DNA of 64,000 nucleotides from an uncultured Prevotellaceae bacterium. GTDB taxonomy: Bacteria; Bacteroidota; Bacteroidia; Bacteroidales; Bacteroidaceae. Shown one piece after another: positions 58,784 to 64,000 of this stretch (the stretch's first letter is position 1; every line of letters starts with the position of its first letter). The notes under the pieces are model-generated. The model worked only from the letters and a program-made list of their open reading frames with translations, was not told the origin of the DNA and searched no databases. The stretch is from positions 30,507-94,506 of the forward strand of contig ONAG01000003.1 in assembly GCA_900315745.1 (NCBI GenBank). Direction: 5' to 3'. Made by a program: the position numbers and the translations under genes.

Positions 58784-61156
58784 ATGCAACTACTTAAAAC
58801 CCTTCTAACAATAATCATTACACCCCTATTGGCTTCAAACACCCTATTGGCAGCCAATACGCCGACAGTGAAGACCGACAAACGCTTTGCCCGCGGTGCC
58901 ACCATGGCATTCGGGCGAATGAGCTACACGGGAGTGTCATCATACGACGTGACAGAACAAGGATTCTGTTATGGAGAATGCGACGAGCCAACCATCAATG
59001 ACAGCCGCACCACCAAGTACCTCGAAAACAACGGGCGCATCTACTGGCTTGAGAACCTGAAGCCAGCCACAGAATACCACATGCGTGCATACGTCATCAC
59101 AAGAAGCGGCCAAGTGGGATACGGAGACGTGATAAGATTCTACACCATACCAAAAGGACAAATCACCCTTACCATGCGCTCAAGCAGCGACGCGGCAGCC
59201 GACGCACGCATCAAGACGGCAGCCGAGACAGCCATCAACTACTGGAACAACCTGACCGAGATGAAGGGATTCGCACCCAACATCGGCTACAACAGCGGCG
59301 TGCCAACGGCAGAATGCTCCTACGGAGGATGGATGAGCGTGGGCAGCAACCAGTCGTACCAGCGGCCAGGCACCATCATGCACGAGATGCTTCATGGGAT
59401 TGGCGTGATACCATGGGCAGACACCGAATGGAGCCGCTTCAACCTGCGCTCAGGAACATCCAATGGTGCAGGCTTCACCACTGGCTCCGGCCTGTGGCTC
59501 GGCGACAGAGTGACCGAGGTGCTTCGCTTCTGGGACAACAGCACCACATCGCAGCTCAACGGCGACTACCAGCACATGTGGCCCTATGGCATCAACGGGG
59601 CACACGAGGACAACGGCAGCGATGTTCTGTATATCGGCAACTCGCTGATATGCCAGGCTTTGGGAGAAGACGGACTGCAACACACCAGCCAAATATTCGC
59701 CGAACCCTACCACGCCTTCGACCACCAGAAAGACGTGAAATACTACATCAAGAACGAGGATGCCGAAAGAGGACTATACACCTCATACCTTATTGTCAAC
59801 AGCAGTGGCATTCTGACATGGCGCGCCTTGTCACCCGACGAGGCAACAGCCAATGACAGTTGCGCCTGGACAATAAGCTTCACGCCAGAAAACCAATACT
59901 ACCAATTGCGCAACGTGGCAACAGGCAGATACATATCCTACTCGTTCAACACCATGCGCACGACACCACGCACGACACCCACAAGCAGCGAGAACTTCCA
60001 ATTAATGAAAGGAAGGGTGGATGTGGAAGCCACAGGGCATAGAGGCTATTGGATAATACACCCCGAGACCAACTGGTCTCCACTCTGCCTGCAAGCCAAT
60101 GCCAACGGCGCCACAGGGGCAGCCACCTTCAACATCGCCAACAACGCAACAGCACAACGGTGGCTGATACTAACCGAAGAGGAAATGCGCTCAATCGACA
60201 ACTACATGGTGGCAGAGATGCAAAACCAAGTGAACATGAGACTCGACCATATAAGAGCTCTCCTGGCCGTGCCGCACTCAGAAGATGTCGAAGGAGTGGA
60301 TGCAGCACTCGAAGGCAAGGTGAGCGACATAGAACAACAGATGGCAAACGCCAACACCACCCAACTGATGGCACTCGCCGACGAAGCCACACAAGCCACA
60401 TTCAACTTCCTCTGCAATGCCACACCAAGAGACATGGACCAACCATTCGACCTCACCTACATGATGCAGAACCCAGGCCTGGACAGCACCGAAGGATGGT
60501 CGGACTCACCAACCCTCAACTACTCCTGCGCCGAATACTACCAGATGACATTCGACTTCTACCAAATCGTGAAGAACCTGCCCGGCGGCACCTATCAGAT
60601 GCGCAGCAACGCCTTCCAACGCCCAGGCAAGGCAGAGGAATGCACCGACAGGACAACCACCGCATACATATATGCCGGCAGCGACAGCCGCAACTTGGCA
60701 CACATCACCTCAGACGCGCAAACCAAGAAATTGGGAGGCGCAGAGTCGTATGTCAACGGCAAATACTTCCCCAACGACATGCAGGCGGCAAGCATATACT
60801 TCGGCAAAGGACTATATGAGAACCATGTGACAACAAGCCTCGCAAACGATGGCGGACAGCTAAGGATGGGCATAAGAGGAACCACTGCCGACGGTTACTA
60901 TTGGAGCATCTTCGACAATTTCCGCCTTTACTATTATGGTTCGCTCGATTCCGACAGAGTGGATGGTTACCACTGGATGAAAGGCGACGTGAACTGCGAC
61001 GGTACGGTGTCAGTGGCCGACGTTACAGAACTCGTGCAGCATATTCTTGGCATCACACCCAAAATATTCAGCTTCAAGGCAGCAAATGTAAACGAAGACA
61101 ATGATATATCCGTGGCAGACGTAATAGGCATAGTGGACATCATTCTCGGAAACTGA
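58784..61156 (+). CDS. Secreted FN3 + HExxH zincin-like + beta-trefoil-like + NPxF module + dockerin protein
   Basis: LKPATEYHMRAY (FN3), MHEMLHG, HMWPYG, YQLRNVATGRY, C-terminal GDVNCDG...ANVNEDND dockerin-like pair (60983-61156). Confidence 0.7.
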   Translation: MQLLKTLLTIIITPLLASNTLLAANTPTVKTDKRFARGATMAFGRMSYTGVSSYDVTEQGFCYGECDEPTINDSRTTKYLENNGRIYWLENLKPATEYHMRAYVITRSGQVGYGDVIRFYTIPKGQITLTMRSSSDAAADARIKTAAETAINYWNNLTEMKGFAPNIGYNSGVPTAECSYGGWMSVGSNQSYQRPGTIMHEMLHGIGVIPWADTEWSRFNLRSGTSNGAGFTTGSGLWLGDRVTEVLRFWDNSTTSQLNGDYQHMWPYGINGAHEDNGSDVLYIGNSLICQALGEDGLQHTSQIFAEPYHAFDHQKDVKYYIKNEDAERGLYTSYLIVNSSGILTWRALSPDEATANDSCAWTISFTPENQYYQLRNVATGRYISYSFNTMRTTPRTTPTSSENFQLMKGRVDVEATGHRGYWIIHPETNWSPLCLQANANGATGAATFNIANNATAQRWLILTEEEMRSIDNYMVAEMQNQVNMRLDHIRALLAVPHSEDVEGVDAALEGKVSDIEQQMANANTTQLMALADEATQATFNFLCNATPRDMDQPFDLTYMMQNPGLDSTEGWSDSPTLNYSCAEYYQMTFDFYQIVKNLPGGTYQMRSNAFQRPGKAEECTDRTTTAYIYAGSDSRNLAHITSDAQTKKLGGAESYVNGKYFPNDMQAASIYFGKGLYENHVTTSLANDGGQLRMGIRGTTADGYYWSIFDNFRLYYYGSLDSDRVDGYHWMKGDVNCDGTVSVADVTELVQHILGITPKIFSFKAANVNEDNDISVADVIGIVDIILGN
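58871..60765 (+). repeat. Copy 1 of a ~1.9 kb nucleotide-level duplication (copy 2 at 62103-64000)
   Basis: Long identical runs, e.g. gccaccatggcattcgggcgaatgagctacacgggagt and cagtcgtaccagcggcc, in both copies at an offset of about 3232. Confidence 0.9.
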
Positions 61157-61214
61157 CATGAAACATAAAGACCATATCCCAATGAGACATCACATAGAAA
61201 AACCATACAATACC

Positions 61215-64000
61215 ATGAAAAAAGTCAAGACATTACTGATGGCAGCCATCGCCATCTTCTGCACAGCAGGGGCATCGGCACAAGACCTTCATGACATCAC
61301 CACATTCTACATCACCAATGCGGGATTCGACACGGACTTCGACTATACCATCCATGACACCGGCAATGTGGCACAAGAGATCCTTGAAGTGAAAGGATGG
61401 ACAAAGAACTTCAGTGCCAACTACACCATCACGGGAGTATATCAGATAGGCACTAAAAAGACATTCAACGGGGCGCCCGTACCAGCCACCGGACAAGACG
61501 GCACCACCCAGGGCGGCGTGCTCGCCCTGAGCACCGGATGGTCGCAGTCGATGCTGTTCTATCAAGAGGTGGAACTGCCAAAGGGCAAATACGCCCTTGT
61601 CTCCGCTTTTTGGAATGGTGTGGATAAGACAACCGGCAGAAGTCGTGTGTCATGGATGCCCACCGGACAAGCCATGAATCAATCGACGGTGGCATCCTTC
61701 CCCACCGGCACATGGATTACCGACACCATACGCTTCGAGTTGACCACCAACACCAAGGGGAGAATACAGATAGGATTCTTCGCCAATGGCGACAGCGGTT
61801 CGGCAAACTTTGCCAAGCCATGCCTTGACTTCGTGAAACTGCTGCGCGACAGCGACATCAATGAAGACGACATAGCAGTCTATAAACACAAGCTGCAAGA
61901 CCTGCTCGACAATGCCAACACCCTGTACGCCGACGGCAGCGGCGAGGGAGCGGCAGCGCTGAAGACCGCCATAGACGCAGCACAAGCAGTCATGGATGAC
62001 AGAGGCGCCACAAAGACACAAGTCGATGACGCCTGCGCACAACTTGAGGCAGCCATCGACACATATCTTTGGGCAAATCCCACAGGCAGCAAGCCATCGG
62101 TAAAGACCGACACCCGCTATGCTCGTGGAGCCACCATGGCATTCGGGCGAATGAGCTACACGGGAGTTGCTGTCGCCGACGTGGTGGAACAAGGATTCTG
62201 CTACGGCGAATGCGACGAGCCAACCATCAATGACAGCCGCACCACCAAGTATCTCGAAAACAACGGGCGCATCTACAAGCTCGACGACCTCAAGCCCGGC
62301 ACAGAATACCACATGCGCGCATACGTCATCACCAAAGGACGTCAGGTGGGATATGGAGACGTGATAAGATTCTACACCATACCAAAAGGACAAATCAACC
62401 TCTCCTTCCGCTCAAGTAGTGACGCGGCAGCCGACGCACGCATCAAGGCGGCAGCCGAGACAGCCATCAACTACTGGAACAACCTGACCGAGATGAAGGG
62501 ATTCACACCCAACATCGGCTACAACAGTGGCGTGCCAACGGCAGAATGCTCCTACGGAGGATGGATGAGCGTGGGCAGCAACCAGTCGTACCAGCGGCCG
62601 GGCACCATCATGCACGAGATGCTCCACGGCTGCGGCGTGATACCCTGGGCAGACACCGAATGGAGCCGCTTCAACCTGCGCTCCGGAACATCCAACGCAC
62701 CCGGCTTCGTTGTCGGCTCCGGCTTGTGGCTCGGCGACAGAGTGACAGAGGTGCTTCGCTTCTGGGACAACAGCACCACCTCGCAACTCAACGGCGACTA
62801 CCAGCACATGTGGCCCTATGGCATCAACGGGGCAAGTGAGGACAACGGCACCGAATTGCTCTACATAGGCAATTCCTTGGTATGTCAGGCATTGGGAGAA
62901 GACGGACTGCAGCACACCAACCAGCTATTCGCCGAACCCTACCACGCCTTCGACCACCAGAAAGACGTGAAATACTACATCAAGAACGAGGATGCCGAGC
63001 GCGGACTATACACATCATACCTCATGCCCACCAGCAGCGGCACTCTGACATGGCGCGCCATGACACCCGACGAAGCCGCAGCCAACGACAGTTGTGCATG
63101 GTACATCGACTTCACACCATCCAACCAATATTATCAACTGCATAACGCCGCCACAAACCAATACCTCACATACAGCACATCCACCATACGCACCGTGGCA
63201 CGCACAACACCTATGGCAAGCGACAACTTCCAAATGATGAAAGGCAGAGTGGATGTTGGCTCGAAAGGCATCAGAGGCTACTGGATAATACACCCGACAG
63301 CCAACTGGTTGCCGGCTTGCCTCCAAGCCAACGCCAACGGCACCACCACAACCGCCACCTTCGACATCGCCAATAGTGCTACAACACAGAGATGGCTCAT
63401 TCTCAACGAAGAGGAGATGCGCACACTCAACACACTGCTTCTGGCAGACATGATAAAGACAGTGAACACAAAAATAGAACACATAAAAGCCTTGGCAGAA
63501 GTTCCCCACACGGAAGATGTGGAGGGCACTGACGATGCTCTCGCCAACGCCTTGGGCAGCATCGAGCAACGACTGGCAACGGCGGCAAGCACCACCGAAC
63601 TACAAGCATTGGCAGACGAAGCCGAACAAGCAGCATTCTCTTTCCTTTGCAACGCCACTCCAAGCGACATGGAACAGCCCTTCGACCTGACATACATGAT
63701 GACCAACCCCGACATGAGCAGCACCGACGGATGGTCGGACTCACCCACAGTGAACTTCTCATGTGCAGAATATTATGAGAAGACCTTCGACTTCAACCAG
63801 ACCATAAAGAACCTGCCCGGCGGCACATACCAATTGCGCTGCAACGCCTTCCAACGTCCTGGCAAGGCAGAAGAATGCACAAACCGACAAACCACCGCCT
63901 ACATCTATGCAGGAACCAAGAGCGAACGATTAGCACACATCACTTCGGGAGCACAAGCCACCAAACAAGGAGGAAGCGAATCATACGTGGGCGGGAAATA
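61215..64000 (+). CDS. Paralogous secreted HExxH protein with extra N-terminal NxGFD and FIVAR-like domains (3' truncated; absent from the ORF track)
   Basis: Translated manually: MKKVKTLLMAAIAIFCTAGASAQDLHDIT...; frame stays open into the duplicated FN3/MHEMLHG module and to the window end. Confidence 0.8.
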   Translation, partial: MKKVKTLLMAAIAIFCTAGASAQDLHDITTFYITNAGFDTDFDYTIHDTGNVAQEILEVKGWTKNFSANYTITGVYQIGTKKTFNGAPVPATGQDGTTQGGVLALSTGWSQSMLFYQEVELPKGKYALVSAFWNGVDKTTGRSRVSWMPTGQAMNQSTVASFPTGTWITDTIRFELTTNTKGRIQIGFFANGDSGSANFAKPCLDFVKLLRDSDINEDDIAVYKHKLQDLLDNANTLYADGSGEGAAALKTAIDAAQAVMDDRGATKTQVDDACAQLEAAIDTYLWANPTGSKPSVKTDTRYARGATMAFGRMSYTGVAVADVVEQGFCYGECDEPTINDSRTTKYLENNGRIYKLDDLKPGTEYHMRAYVITKGRQVGYGDVIRFYTIPKGQINLSFRSSSDAAADARIKAAAETAINYWNNLTEMKGFTPNIGYNSGVPTAECSYGGWMSVGSNQSYQRPGTIMHEMLHGCGVIPWADTEWSRFNLRSGTSNAPGFVVGSGLWLGDRVTEVLRFWDNSTTSQLNGDYQHMWPYGINGASEDNGTELLYIGNSLVCQALGEDGLQHTNQLFAEPYHAFDHQKDVKYYIKNEDAERGLYTSYLMPTSSGTLTWRAMTPDEAAANDSCAWYIDFTPSNQYYQLHNAATNQYLTYSTSTIRTVARTTPMASDNFQMMKGRVDVGSKGIRGYWIIHPTANWLPACLQANANGTTTTATFDIANSATTQRWLILNEEEMRTLNTLLLADMIKTVNTKIEHIKALAEVPHTEDVEGTDDALANALGSIEQRLATAASTTELQALADEAEQAAFSFLCNATPSDMEQPFDLTYMMTNPDMSSTDGWSDSPTVNFSCAEYYEKTFDFNQTIKNLPGGTYQLRCNAFQRPGKAEECTNRQTTAYIYAGTKSERLAHITSGAQATKQGGSESYVGGK
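62103..64000 (+). repeat. Copy 2 of the ~1.9 kb duplication
   Basis: Aligns by eye with 58871-60765. Confidence 0.9.

Noticed and set aside
1-64000. tRNA, rRNA, riboswitch (TPP, cobalamin, SAM), IS, integrase, RT or defence genes
   Set aside because: No diagnostic motifs found by eye; a cmscan/tRNAscan run would be needed to exclude them formally

Overview
Chromosomal backbone of a Prevotella-like Bacteroidales genome. The assignment rests on TAnnTTTG -7 promoter boxes, the absence of Shine-Dalgarno motifs, Prevotella-type short T9SS-like C-terminal tails, and the ilvD-ilvB-ilvN-thioesterase-ilvC and pheA-aminotransferase-DAHP/CM-tyrA operons. I saw no tRNA, rRNA, CRISPR array, transposase, integrase or reverse transcriptase. 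Housekeeping blocks (ald, fabK-like, ilv, mlaEF, aromatic amino acid operon, ffh, folD, a vor-type 2-oxoacid oxidoreductase) alternate with pectin/hemicellulose genes (GH146, L-galactose-type dehydrogenases, GH51, a PL10-mutarotase fusion, KdgF-like cupin) and large secreted modular proteins. Most notable observations: (1) a CxxC-containing upstream ORF ending in RAPP directly before a TonB-dependent receptor, resembling the CruR/CutF metal-sensing arrest-peptide design; (2) two tandem promoter-[cohesin-like/T9SS-tail protein]-[60-66 aa YxxP peptide]-hairpin cassettes, in a window that also encodes dockerin-terminated proteins; (3) an unannotated, fully resolvable Tyr/Phe ribosome attenuator before pheA; (4) a PL10 pectate lyase fused to aldose 1-epimerase with a C-terminal hydrophobic tail; (5) a recent ~1.9 kb duplication of an HExxH module; (6) orphan promoters driving a candidate rod-shaped ncRNA and small ORFs; (7) palindrome-cored 9-10 nt intergenic arrays. 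All product calls come from motif recognition by eye; no database searches were run.
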